Part shown: piece after piece, positions 18,122-30,400 of the stretch | How the letters are laid out: the number at the start of each line of letters is the position of its first letter | Numbering within the stretch: the first letter of the stretch is position 1 | Translations under genes and position numbers: made by a program | IMG/VR virus record: IMGVR_UViG_3300030331_001986 | Reading direction: 5' to 3' (one strand) | Source: an uncultured virus (IMG/VR IMGVR_UViG_3300030331_001986) | Lineage: Duplodnaviria > Heunggongvirae > Uroviricota > Caudoviricetes | DNA length: 64,000 nucleotides | Notes under the pieces: generated by a model | Databases searched by the model: none | Told to the model about the DNA's origin: nothing | What the model saw: only the letters and a program-made list of their open reading frames with translations

Positions 18122-18604
18122 CTACAGACCTCTAATCGCAAACTGTACAGATAGAGCAGTATCACTCCCCGCTGAATTACTACCTTGATATTCAACTTCC
18201 ATTGCATAAGTAGTCCTAGCCACACTAGTTATCTCTATAGTACCATTTGTATAATTAGCGGAACTACCCGTTGTATTAGTTAAAGTTTCGCTCGGGCCTG
18301 AATTCTGAGATAAAGTCCAACTATGTGTGGTAGCGGTTCCACCAGTACCAGAGTTACTGAAAGCCTTCACTGTAAGCGTAGGATTTGTACCAGTATTAAT
18401 AAAAAAACTAGCATTATTGGCTACATCAAAATCAGTACCCGCTGAAAGTGTTCCACCACCAGACGGATTCGGAATGTCTATGTCACAATTTAATGTAACT
18501 TGCCTAGCATTGTCATTGATGTCTAAAATTTTAAGACCAGCAGGTGCGGTAACTACGGCAGATACAGCATTCTGCACAACTCCAAATTGCCAGTGCAAAC
18601 CCAA
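18122..18604 (-). CDS. Putative virion beta-sandwich (Ig-like) protein
   Basis: S/T/G-rich beta protein; last gene of the tail module. Confidence 0.55.
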   Translation of the reverse strand: MGLHWQFGVVQNAVSAVVTAPAGLKILDINDNARQVTLNCDIDIPNPSGGGTLSAGTDFDVANNASFFINTGTNPTLTVKAFSNSGTGGTATTHSWTLSQNSGPSETLTNTTGSSANYTNGTIEITSVARTTYAMEVEYQGSNSAGSDTALSVQFAIRGL

Positions 18605-18608
18605 GTAA

Positions 18609-21054
18609 TCACCCTATTCTTATCCAAGTATTATTACCACTACAAACAAACGTAGCCGCTTTAAAAGATTCTATATCATCATGATTACTAGCCGCAACAC
18701 CGTTGATAGTCGCAGAATTAGAAACTGCTATCTGTGCGCTAATTGTCGAACCTGTTTGATTATACACCGTAAACTGAACACCTACACTAGTAGTGTTGTT
18801 TATAGAAGGTAAAGTTAAATTAGAACTAGCATTATCAAAAATTACTAAAGTTCCTGAGTCTCCGATAGTAGGAGCATAAGTAGCCGCCGCAACAATAGCA
18901 GTTGTCGCTCTTGAGTTGAATCCAGCATGAGTAGTAGCATTAGCAGTAGTATCGGGTTGCCCTACATTTGCTACAATAGTTGAAGTTAAATCATCATCAT
19001 CATCAATTAAAGATACACCAAATTTAAGATTACCACCTTTATCTGTTGTGCTATGGTCTTCTGTCGCAATAGAAGCAATAAAAGCAGAGGATTCTAAAAC
19101 AGAAGAAGGTACATTACCATCAGTAGAATCAAAACCAATACCACCAAGCAAATCTCCATCGGAAGTAGAACTATCTGTTCTAACAACCATTATTCCGTCA
19201 TTACCATCAGCACCAGTAACATTAACTTGTAAAATATTAGAAGGACTTGTAGTTCCAATACCAACAGTACCCGTATCAGTAATCCTCATCCTTTCTGCCA
19301 ATGTTCCAGCATCGGCCGTTGATATCGTTAAACTTCCATCATCGACCCCAGTTACTTCATTGATAGCAGAAATTCTAGCACCAACATAAGAAGTTGGTCC
19401 ATGTGAATCGTAGTTTTTTAAATCTAATCTCGCAAAATCTGTACCCGTTGCGTTCCTTGCTCCTTCAATGATAACCGTTCTTGTTTCGCCACTATCAGAA
19501 CTTCTTGAAATTGTAGTATCACCACTTACTTCTAATTTAGCCGAAGGAGCAGTTGCGCCAATACCAACTCTCGATTCTGAACCATCAATCCTCATTACTT
19601 CTGTTCCCGCAGAACCTCCATCATTTACTTGTAAAATAATATCTTTATTTGAAGTTACGTTTTGAATTATAACATCATCAGAAGATGTTGAAAGTTGTAA
19701 GTCTGTTCCAATCACTACTTCTCCTGAATCTTTTATTCTCATTCTTTCTGCTAAACTTCCAGCGTTAGCAGTTGAAAGCACTAAACTCCCGTCATCAACT
19801 CCCGTTGCTTCATTGATAGCGGCAATCCTAACACCTACATATGAAGAAGCACCACTATTAGAATCATAATTTTTTAAATCAATTCTAGCGAAATCCGTTC
19901 CAGTTGCAAATCTCGCACCTTCTATACTTAATGTCCTNNNNNNNNNNGGCTGTATCTCCTTTAACTTCTAATAATGTAGTTGGAGTGCTAGTTCCAATAC
20001 CAACGTTACCACCATTAAATAAAGCGGCGTAATTTGTATCCGCTGAACCTACATCAACTGTAAGACCTGTTGCTGTTGATGTTCCACTAGTTGCCCCAAC
20101 AACATCAATATCCATACCTATAACAGTTGATGTTCCTAAACTAGCAGAGTTAACATCTAAGTTAATTCCAATATCGTTATGTGCGTTTGTTCCAGAACTA
20201 GCAACTGTTCTATCAAAATCAACGTGAAGTCCTACTAAATCTTCTGCTCCATCTCCAGAAGTATCTGTGTTAACCACCATAGATTTACCATCAAAAGTTA
20301 AATTGGCTTCTCCATTGATTCCACCAGCACCATCAGCAGTTGTTATTCTATTATTACCATCATTTGCTAAAGATGCCCCACCTGCTAATGCTACAATACT
20401 AGAAACGGTTACTGATTTAATTACATCAGAAGCATTGGTATCTTGGATTAAAACTTTATCATCAGTAGCAACAGTAGCAGTCCCAATACCAGTAATGAAT
20501 AATCCACTTGATGTTCCCGAAATAGAACCTGCTTCAGTATAAGTATTAGAATTCTCATAACCAATTGATAATTTATTTTCTGTTTTACTAGTAGTAAATG
20601 TTTGAAAAGCAACTGTAGAATGTGTATCAGTTGATTGAACTCTAATTAAGGAAATAGGAGTTAAGGTAACAGTTAGGTCAGGAATAACTCCGTCACTCGA
20701 ACCCATAATTACACTAATAGTTCCTGTTCCATCACCGTCATCTGCAAAAGCCACCCAATGATAGAAAGCACCCGAAGAAGGTTTATTGATTGTAGTAGCC
20801 GAAAGAGCATCAACGGCAATAAATTGACCATTAGAAAACCCTTTACCTGCGGTCAATGCTACTTGAATATTAGAACTACTAGTTGTAAAGGTGTGAGCAA
20901 AACCTAATGTTGCGCCATCCTTTAAAGCATAATTACCCTGTGCCATTGAATGTAATCCCTTAAACAATCCCGAATGTGGAGAATCTATTTTATCAACTAA
21001 TTGTGTGCTTGCTGTTGTTGTCAAACTACTGAGTATTCCACTATTTGCCACCAT
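18609..21054 (-). CDS. Tail fibre / receptor-binding protein (single gene broken by an N gap)
   Basis: GNVGIGTxxP and ERMRI fibre repeats; the frame break coincides with Ns at 19938-19947; ATG 21054 has a GGAGGT SD. Confidence 0.8.
19938..19947. other. Assembly gap (10 N)
   Basis: Ns in the sequence. Confidence 1.
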
Positions 21055-21055
21055 C

Positions 21056-21466
21056 TTATTCAACCTCCATTGTATATATTATCTCAATAGTGTCACTAGT
21101 TGAAAAGTTTCCTATTCCTTCGAAGTTGACTCTAGCGAGCATAACATTTTCTGTAGGATTATAATCATAACTACTAGTATCTATTAATGCCATCTCAGCA
21201 TCAGTAGGAAGATTACCAAATATTCCCATCTCTCTAATTGTATATCCTTGTAAAGTTGAGCCAGTGAAACTACTAGTAAATTCTACAACTTTATCATCTG
21301 AGGATATGGCGGTATTAGTGGCAGATGTACTCAAAGGCACATCTAAATCAGAAGCGGTTGGATTAGTTCCTCCACCACCAGTTCCTACTTTTGTTGTTCC
21401 ACTTGTTGCCCCAAACATTTCTCTCAAAAATAAGGCTACTTTCTTTTTTGTTGTGTGTGTTATCAT
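21056..21466 (-). CDS. Tail-collar/baseplate-associated protein
   Basis: KVGTGG...GYTIREMGIF...MLARVNF pattern of tail-collar fibre proteins. Confidence 0.6.
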   Translation of the reverse strand: MITHTTKKKVALFLREMFGATSGTTKVGTGGGGTNPTASDLDVPLSTSATNTAISSDDKVVEFTSSFTGSTLQGYTIREMGIFGNLPTDAEMALIDTSSYDYNPTENVMLARVNFEGIGNFSTSDTIEIIYTMEVE

Positions 21467-24400
21467 GTAAAGTCCTCGTCTGTTATTATTGTCGTTATTG
21501 TTTCTAATGGCCCCATTGTATCTCCGAAATCTAACTTTCTTGTTGTTAAGGTTTGAAATCCTAATGTGAATGCATCACTGTCCGCTAAACTAATCTTCTT
21601 TATTACTAGTCTTAATTCTTTCAGTTTGATTGAATCGAAAAAGTCTAAAGGAGCAGTAGTAGCACCGAATTGAGAACCCCTTATAGAAGCAGAATTAGAT
21701 TTATTTTGAATTGATAATTCAGCAAATCTATTTGCTAAATCTTTACGATAGGTTCCCACTTCTAACTCAACTAAATTTTGGGTATCCCTTTTAATTTCAT
21801 ATATTTTATATTGTCCTTTAACAATACCTTCTTGTGGGAAATCTAAAGTTACTAAATCTCCAGCCTTAATAAAATCAATACCTTTATTTGACATTTTAAT
21901 TGTGAATCTATCTTCACCATCTGAATGTACGGATAATAAACTCTTTGCTCTTGAGTCTACATCATCTTGTGAAATAAGTTCCATATTTACTTCTTCGAGA
22001 GTTTTTTTACCAAACTTGTCTATACTCTTACGATTACGCTTAATAGATTTTACCCCACTACCATAAACTATTATTTCATTAAAAAGGTCAAAAGTTGATT
22101 TATTTCTAGTTACCCCTGTAATATTCACATTAGGACTAGAGTATGATAAATCTATAGGTTGTGAATCTAAAGTTGTTCTTTCTTTTGTGAGGGATATTCC
22201 TGTTTCATCTATTCTTAATTCTTTTTCTTTATATCTAGCGGCAAAGGTAGCGGCCGAAAATATATCAACTCCTTGATAATTAGGTGAAATAAAATAAGGA
22301 TATTCTTTATTATCTCTTATCTCATAAATAATATCTTCTTCACTCAATAAATTATTAATAACATCTTCAACTTCTTCTCCTATTACTATAGTTGAACCTA
22401 TTTTTAAAGTAGTTGGTTCATTAACTTTAGTTACTAGAGGACTTTTAAGAGAGAATATTTCTCCAAAAGAAACTATACCATACATAGGTTGACTCGCACT
22501 ATCACTTAGAGTTAACCTACATAGTGCTCTATCATCATAATAATCTGCCTCTACCCCTATAGACATTTTTTGTTTTGATACTCCATCTGTTAATAACATA
22601 TTAAATGATGAACCTGATTTGAACGTATTTCTATTTCCCGTTGGATTAAATAAATGAATATAATCTCTAAGAACAGTAAATGTATTATTTAATAATGTTA
22701 TATTTCCAGAGGATAAATCAGCGTCATTGCCAAACTTACCTGCTATCACCAAAGAAGTATCACTGATAATAGACTTAACATAGCACCTTTGATGGTCTAA
22801 TAAAATAACATCTCCTTCTTTTAATTCATCTGTAAATTTAGTGCTACTTCCAGTTAAAGTAGTATTACCTATATCCATATTAGAAATAGTTCCAGTTAAA
22901 GTTTGTTGTTGTGAGTGTCTACCATCCATATCTATAGCCACATACATAGACATAATTGCTTCATTTTCTCCTTGTTCTCCCGAAGTTCTTAAATCAATAT
23001 TATGAATACTACTTAATTCCCCACCAGTGAACTCACCTTTATTGTTTAATCTATTTACTGGAGGAATAAAACCATACATAGAGGGACTTTGCGGTTCTTT
23101 AGTAGTTTGTGCAGATAAACAATATAAGTTTAATTCATTGGGTGATTCGGGCCATATACAAGTTTCAGCGGGGCGCATAACTCTATAATCATTAAAAAAA
23201 CTTAAATTACCAGTATTATCTATAGGCAAATTATCTATTAATAATTCATGAGCCACAGCATTACCCGTTATCTCTCTTCTATGTTCTTTAACAAAAAGAA
23301 TATGTTTAGGGTCTACCATAGTATCAGCCATAGAAGTTATAGCCCCGCCACTTGCATCTATTATCCCTTTAGCATTAGGGAGAGTGTCATTATTTACATG
23401 AACAGAGCCACCATTTTTAAATGGCAAATGGTCAACTAAAGTAGGCTGAGTATCAATAGCCGTTCCTAAATTACCAACTAAATACATACCTGTTAAATCT
23501 ACAAAATTTAAAAAGCCATTATTAGTTCCATTAATAATCCTAAGCCATCCTTCTTTACTATTACTTCCGTTTATAGAATTTATACTGTTAACTCCTATTT
23601 TAGTTACTGCAAGACTGCCGTCAGTTAAATCGCCATTATAATCGCCTAACTGTAAATGAGGCACAAAAGCACCATAAACTCCATCGGCAACATAACTAGT
23701 TCCATCAGGGTCTTCGAAAAATGTTTCAGTTTTAGTATCAGAACGAAGTTTAGCATAAGGATATGAATCATGTGTTCCAGCAGTAATAAAAGTATATTCA
23801 CCACTATTAGCGTTTGCTAAATCTGAATCTGTTATTCCTCCCTTACTGTTTCCATATGGTATATCGGATAAAGGCCCATTAGTTAGGAAAAGGTCAACAT
23901 TACTTTTAGCGCCCCCTGTAGTGCTAACACTTATCTCAAAAGTATCAGAATCAGTTACAGTAACAACATAAGCCCCTTCAGGAATACCATCTCCCATTAC
24001 TCCTTGTCCCTCTGTTATGGTTCCGCCAACAGCCCCGCTGTGAGTATCTATTGTTGTACTATCATTATAATCACAACTTCCAACAATAAATACCGCTGGT
24101 TTGGCAAAGGGAAATCCTTCCGCATCTACTTGTTTAGAAATTTTAAATTTACCTCCTAATGGTATATTAGTAATAGATTGTTCAATATTATATCGCCCTA
24201 AAGCAACTACATCGCAATTCTTGTAAGGATTATCACCCGTTTGAACCCACTCTAAAACATTAGAGGCGTGAGAATATTCAGTTGCTATAGGATTTTGTAT
24301 AGTATTATCTGCTCTATTAACAAGATAACTTTTTACTTGCATAGCATTAACAGTTCTACCTGATTCTGTCGAATTAGACGAAGTAGTATGAGCCGAAAAA

Positions 24401-27400
24401 TATGCCCTAAAAGAAGGTGGTAAAACAAAATGAGAAGAAAAAGTAGTGCTTAATGCCGTAAAGTTTTCATTAAAATGAGTCATAAATTTAGACTCAGTTA
24501 TTTTATTAGAGGTAAAAGTTAATGTGGTATTAGAATTAGTAGCAGTAGTATCTACACTTAATGTAAAACATGTGGTGCTGTTTATAGCAACAACAGTAGC
24601 ACCTGCTGGTATTCCAGTACCACTAACAATTAAACCTACAACAATATTAGCATTAACATCATGAGTAATATGTCTAACACTTGTGGATGAACCATCAGAT
24701 AATCCCGAAGTATGATTAGTATCACAAGTAGTATCTGTAAAGCCCCCCGCATCAGTCCCCTCTCCATCTGCAAATACAGCGCTATTGATACTTCCATAAG
24801 GTGTTTGTTTATAGACTCCAGAAGTATGATGCATTCCGTTAATCATACCTTGTAACATATTAAGGTCATTATCTCCTACTTCTGTAAATGTATTTTTACC
24901 ACCTCTACCTTTAGTTCTAAATGTAAAGAACGAATCATGTCTATCTTGATTTGCTAAACTAACTGCTCCATCTCCGCAAACATATACATACCCATAATAT
25001 TTATTTCCAGTTCCATCTGATTTTAAAATAGGATGCCTAGCAACAGTTCCAACTATATCTATAGTGCTACTACTACCACTATCATTCATAGCAAAAACCT
25101 TACCAAGATAATATCCTTTATCTGTAAATATTTGGTCGCCTATTTCTAATAACCCGCTAGGTGCGGCACTTACAGTTAAAGTATCATTTCCATCATAAGC
25201 GGTTATAAGTAGATTAAGAGCCTTTAGAGGTTGATACCTTGTATATTCAAAATTAGGAGTATTAAGTTTAGACATATCACTTGGTAATCTCTCAGGGTCT
25301 ATTAGATTGAAATGCCAATCATAAGTGCAATCTATTAAACGCATCAAACCAAATCTTTTCATTTCGGATGGAAGAATAGATGCTTCACTAATCGGTAAGT
25401 TTTCGTATTGGTCATCTACTTCTTGTTCATCAGGTAAACTACCTTCATAGTATTCATGTAAAACAGAACTAGATTTTGTAGCACTTTTACCTTTTAAGAA
25501 TATATTATAATCTGTAAACTTCCTAGCAATAGCCGTACTATCAACTGTACCAGAATAACCAATGTGATGTTTTCTAGCCATAGAATCGGGATACATATCG
25601 GATGGAGAGAATATAGACAATCTTAATGTTTTAGGGTCAGGTAATTCCCAATGGTCTTTTGCTCTAGTAATACCGTCAAACTTAGGTCCAATAAACGGTT
25701 CATATAGAACTGTAATATGTTCAAAACCAGTAGTAGTATCTGCTGAACCCCCCACTCCAGTTTTAGTATCTAATGTTTCAACTCCTATCTGAGTAAAAGG
25801 CATCTGTGCTACTTCCATTGTATATTTACTACTAGATAAACTTCCTAACTTGAATGTTCTATTGCTGTTTTTATCAGGCCATCCACCTAACTTAACCCAT
25901 CTATTAGCCAATCTAGTTGTAAAGTTTGCACTATCACTAGCGGCAGGGTCAATAAAGGCCGCATCATCATCAGCACCATCCCATTCTATATCATAATCAT
26001 GAGCATTAGAAGCCCCGCCAGCCGCAGTAAACTTTTGATAAATTAAAGAAGTATCTATACTATCAACTGGCCCCTCTGTATCTTCTTGCCAATCACCCCC
26101 TCTATGGTTATCATGAATTCTAGGCATAAATCTAGGATACAATAAAGTGTTATAATCAGAATGTTCTGGAGTAGCGATAGTAGTTCCATGTTTACTAAAG
26201 TCGGCAAAGTTACTACCTGTTACTGGTCTAAAATCTCTTGATTCGGGTGAAAGATATTCTAAGAAATATGGATGTTCTCTAATTTTATTTGTAGAATCAA
26301 ATAAGTTTACATTACTATTACTTGCTTCGTTAAAATATTCACTATTAAAAGCAAAATCATTATTATGATAACCATATGGATATTTAATAACTTTATCAGT
26401 TCCGTATTTAGCATCTTCAATTCTATAAGCGGTAGCATAACCGTTTATTCTTCCCTTTTCAGATGTATATGCTCCCTTAATTTGTCCATCTCTTTTTCTT
26501 CTATTTATGTAAGATAATGCTAAACCTTTTTGTAAACCAAAATATCTCCATTTAGTATTACCATATCTGTATATGTAATCTGAATATATTGCATGTCCAG
26601 TGGCATTATGGCTAACACCATTAACTGTATTATTAGTAAAATAATGATATATTCCACCATTCCATTTAATAGGTTTACATATATTATCTACTGCATTAGG
26701 ACTTGATAAGTTATTATTAACTAAAGTTAATACACCGCCTTGACTTAATCCTTGTGTATTTAGAAGATATAACCCTTGAGTAAAATAATCAGTTAATACT
26801 GTTATTCTAATGGTTGCCCCTTTAGATTCATCATCAGGTCCACCTGCTATAGAACCTGATTTAGCCTTTCTCATATAAAGAATAACTTCTTTATCATTAC
26901 TATCAGTAAATACATGAGCGATAGAAAATACTCCATTATTATGTTCATTAGAACTACCTTCTATTTTTATTCTCATACCAGCCTCTAGTTTTTCTAAAAA
27001 GGCTCGCCCTGCCGTTTCATCAGAGGATATTACATGTGTTTTAAACGCTGTTCCACCAAAATCAGAAATAGAGGTTGTATCTCCATCAAATGTTATATCA
27101 GCCGCACTATGATATGTTGGTGGACTAGCAGAAGAAAAATATTTGTAAATACCTTCACCACTATTAACAGCCTTAAATAAAGGTCTATCTAAAGTGAAAC
27201 AAGTAGCGTCATTAGCAATTCCACCAGTAGAACTAGCACTAATATCTATAATTCTGCCGAATAAATTACCCTCAGAATCGAATATAAAATCTCCCTCTTT
27301 TAATTCTTCAATCCATGTAGTGTAAGAAAATATACCATTATGCCCACTCGGTATAGAGTCAGAACCTAAAAATGTAGTAGCATCTGGGAAATGACCAATA

Positions 27401-30400
27401 TGAACTAAAGTTTTATCTCTTCCATCTAAAGGATTATCATCTACTCTACCTAAAACCGCTGGACAAATTGGTGCAACTTCTATAACAGTTCCTTCTTCTT
27501 TAGAAGAAACACTAACAATATCATAATCAGTTAATGAATTAACAGTGTGTAAATTTACATAATCTATATTGTTACTCTTTGTCACCTCATCTGCTAAATG
27601 ACAATAAAAGGGCAAATCAAAATCTACTCCATTTGGAGCGTGTATATTATATCCTTTTGCTAAAGGATGAGGACTACTAGAAGAACCTATTAAACTATTA
27701 CCTTCTAAGACTGGGGCATTTTTAGCGCTATTAGTGAGAGCATTTCCACCATTAAAAATTATACCTTTATTACCTGTACCACTTAAAGAATTAACTCTTA
27801 TAGTCGAATAAGGGTTTGCACTCATGGCTTTAGCAAAACTAACTATATTTCCTCTTATATTTTGTTTTGCTATTTGACTAGTAGTAGCATTAGTATCAAC
27901 TAAGAAACTTGGTATAACATCCTCTAGCAATCCTGAAAATTGACTACTAATCATAACGGCTTCATTTTCTTTTAATCTAGTTGGTATTCCTTCTTCTAAG
28001 TCATAAGTATTACTTGAAGGTACATTGAAAATTCTACCAATATAGGTTCCTAAAGAAGTGAATAATAAATCCCCTACAGCCGCATCAATTAAAGCATTAC
28101 TATCTTTAACTAATACAATTTGAGTTGCCCCTACCTCATAAACTCCATTACTATCAGTATGACTAACTTGCCCATAAAGAGCCATCCTTTCTATTGGCCC
28201 AATCGTTGAATAAACTATATCTTCTGTAAATTTAAAGTTTTTATTTACTATTGGCCCTAATAATTTAGAACTAGAATCTCTCCCTCTTATTTTTAGTTTA
28301 AACGCCCCATCCTCTATTAGTTGCTCTACACTTTCTATAGTACCAGTAAAAACCTTACGCTCTATATCTAAATTACCTCTAAAATAATCTATGTAAGATG
28401 TTACTCCCCTTACATGCGAAGAAGCCGAACTGGAAGGTGAACGTGCTAAATCATATCTAAATCTTACTCCCGTTCCTTCTGGGTCATCACCACTATTTAT
28501 TGGATAACCATATAAAGATACATTAGATAATCCGTCTGCATAAGGAAGATAATCTGTTTTATTATATAGTTCTAAAAATCTTTCATCTTTTAAATGGGTT
28601 TTTAATTTAACAAAGTTATTATTTTTATCTCCGTATTCTACTTTAATTCTATGTCCTGAAATATTACTACCTTTAAACACTAAATTAATATCATTTATTC
28701 TACTAAAGTTTACTTTCTCTAAAGCGGTTTCTCCAAATTTTAAAGACGCTCCAGCAGTTTCAAATAAATTTTTAAAATTAGTAACATTTCTATTTGTTGG
28801 TTGAGCAGAAGCCCCATCATAATCTAAGTCATAATTAGATATATCAGTATCAATATCTAAATTAGTTAATAAGTTATCTGCTAAAAAGGAGTATTTTCTT
28901 CTAAAACCATCTGTGTTAAAATTAGGAACAGAACCAGCAACTAGGGTCGTAGTGTTATATTCAGTATCAGTTTCTTTTCTCCATAGTCTAACTGCAAATT
29001 CTTGAGAATCAGAACTAACATTACTTATTTTATCTGGAACAATATGATATAGAACATCGTCTACATTAACAGTAAAAGACTCAAATAATGGGTCTAAACG
29101 ACTAGTAGTATCTGTATTAGTTTTAGGAATAGAACTTTCTAACACGAATCTTAAATCTTGATTATTTTCTAAATTTATAATATCAATAGTTGCCCCACCG
29201 TTATAGTCAAAAGTTCCTATTGGAAAGTCCCTAGATACATCAAATTCTTCATCCTTAATTGTCCTATGAATAGATATTTTATCTCCTTCTTTAAACTTTT
29301 TAGCAAGTATTTTTTGTATATCTATTAGAGTAATATCTACATATCCACCACTAGTAGTTACAGATTCAAATAAATCTATATTTATGATATTGGGCATTAT
29401 GCAATTAGTTAATGGTGATTTAGTATAATGCATATATCTAGTCTGTCCTATTGCGTGACCATAATAATAACCGTCATCATCTTTAGGTCTATGTGCCATC
29501 CTAAAGGCATCTTTCATTTTAAAGAATCCACCTGAAGTTGAACCGTAATGGGACGGACTAAAAACACAATACATCTTATTGTGGTCTAAATCTACAGCGT
29601 GTCCAGTAAAAAATAAAGCCAAATTGGTAGAAGTAGAAGCCCCACTAAAATCATCTGCACTCATTGTTAAAGTTGTGGCCGTTGAATTATTACCTTCTAC
29701 AATGTAAATACCAGTTTGCGCTCCTGTTAATCTAAATCTTGAATCTTTTAAGATACCTTGTAATCCCCAATTAGTAGTAGAACCGTCTAAATCTGTAATA
29801 GAATTATCAAAACTAACATCATTACTACCTCCACCATCAAGAAAAACTGTATCGGGAGAGCCATTAGTTAATGATAAAAAATCACTAGTATAAATCAAAG
29901 TATCTACAGCAGTTGGGTCATCTGCTTTATACAACATATCTACAACGGTTGCTTCCATTGTAAAGGGACCATAATCTATAACGTCAGTTCCATATTCAGG
30001 AGCAGTAACAAAAACACTGTAAGCATAATGATTAGAAATGCCTGTAGAATAAGTTGTCCTTAATACATATCGTGTTGAGTGTTCTAATCTATCTTTATTA
30101 TTTAGAAAGTAAAAGAAAGGACGTGAAACATGAGTGTTAGCATGATGTCTAGTATTATCTTGAGTTCCTTGTAACCCATAAGCGCATGCCACTAAAGTTT
30201 GATTATCAGAATCAATTTTGGGTAAATTAGAATCTAAAGAAGAAAAGATAGCGTATTTAGTGTCTTTAGGTATATCTCCTTTTATAGCAGGTTCAAATTG
30301 TATCCCATCACCTAAAACTTCATTTTCTAATAAGTTAGTTATTTTAGCAAAATGGTGAGTATTAGGGTCATCTGCAAAAACTAAAACCCATAAGTGGTCT

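Noticed and set aside
19781..19947. Pseudogene or programmed frameshift in the tail fibre
   Set aside because: The break coincides with the N gap.
19270..20010. DGR template/variable repeat pair in the tail fibre
   Set aside because: Both copies are coding, the differences are largely synonymous and not adenine-specific, and there is no reverse transcriptase in the window.
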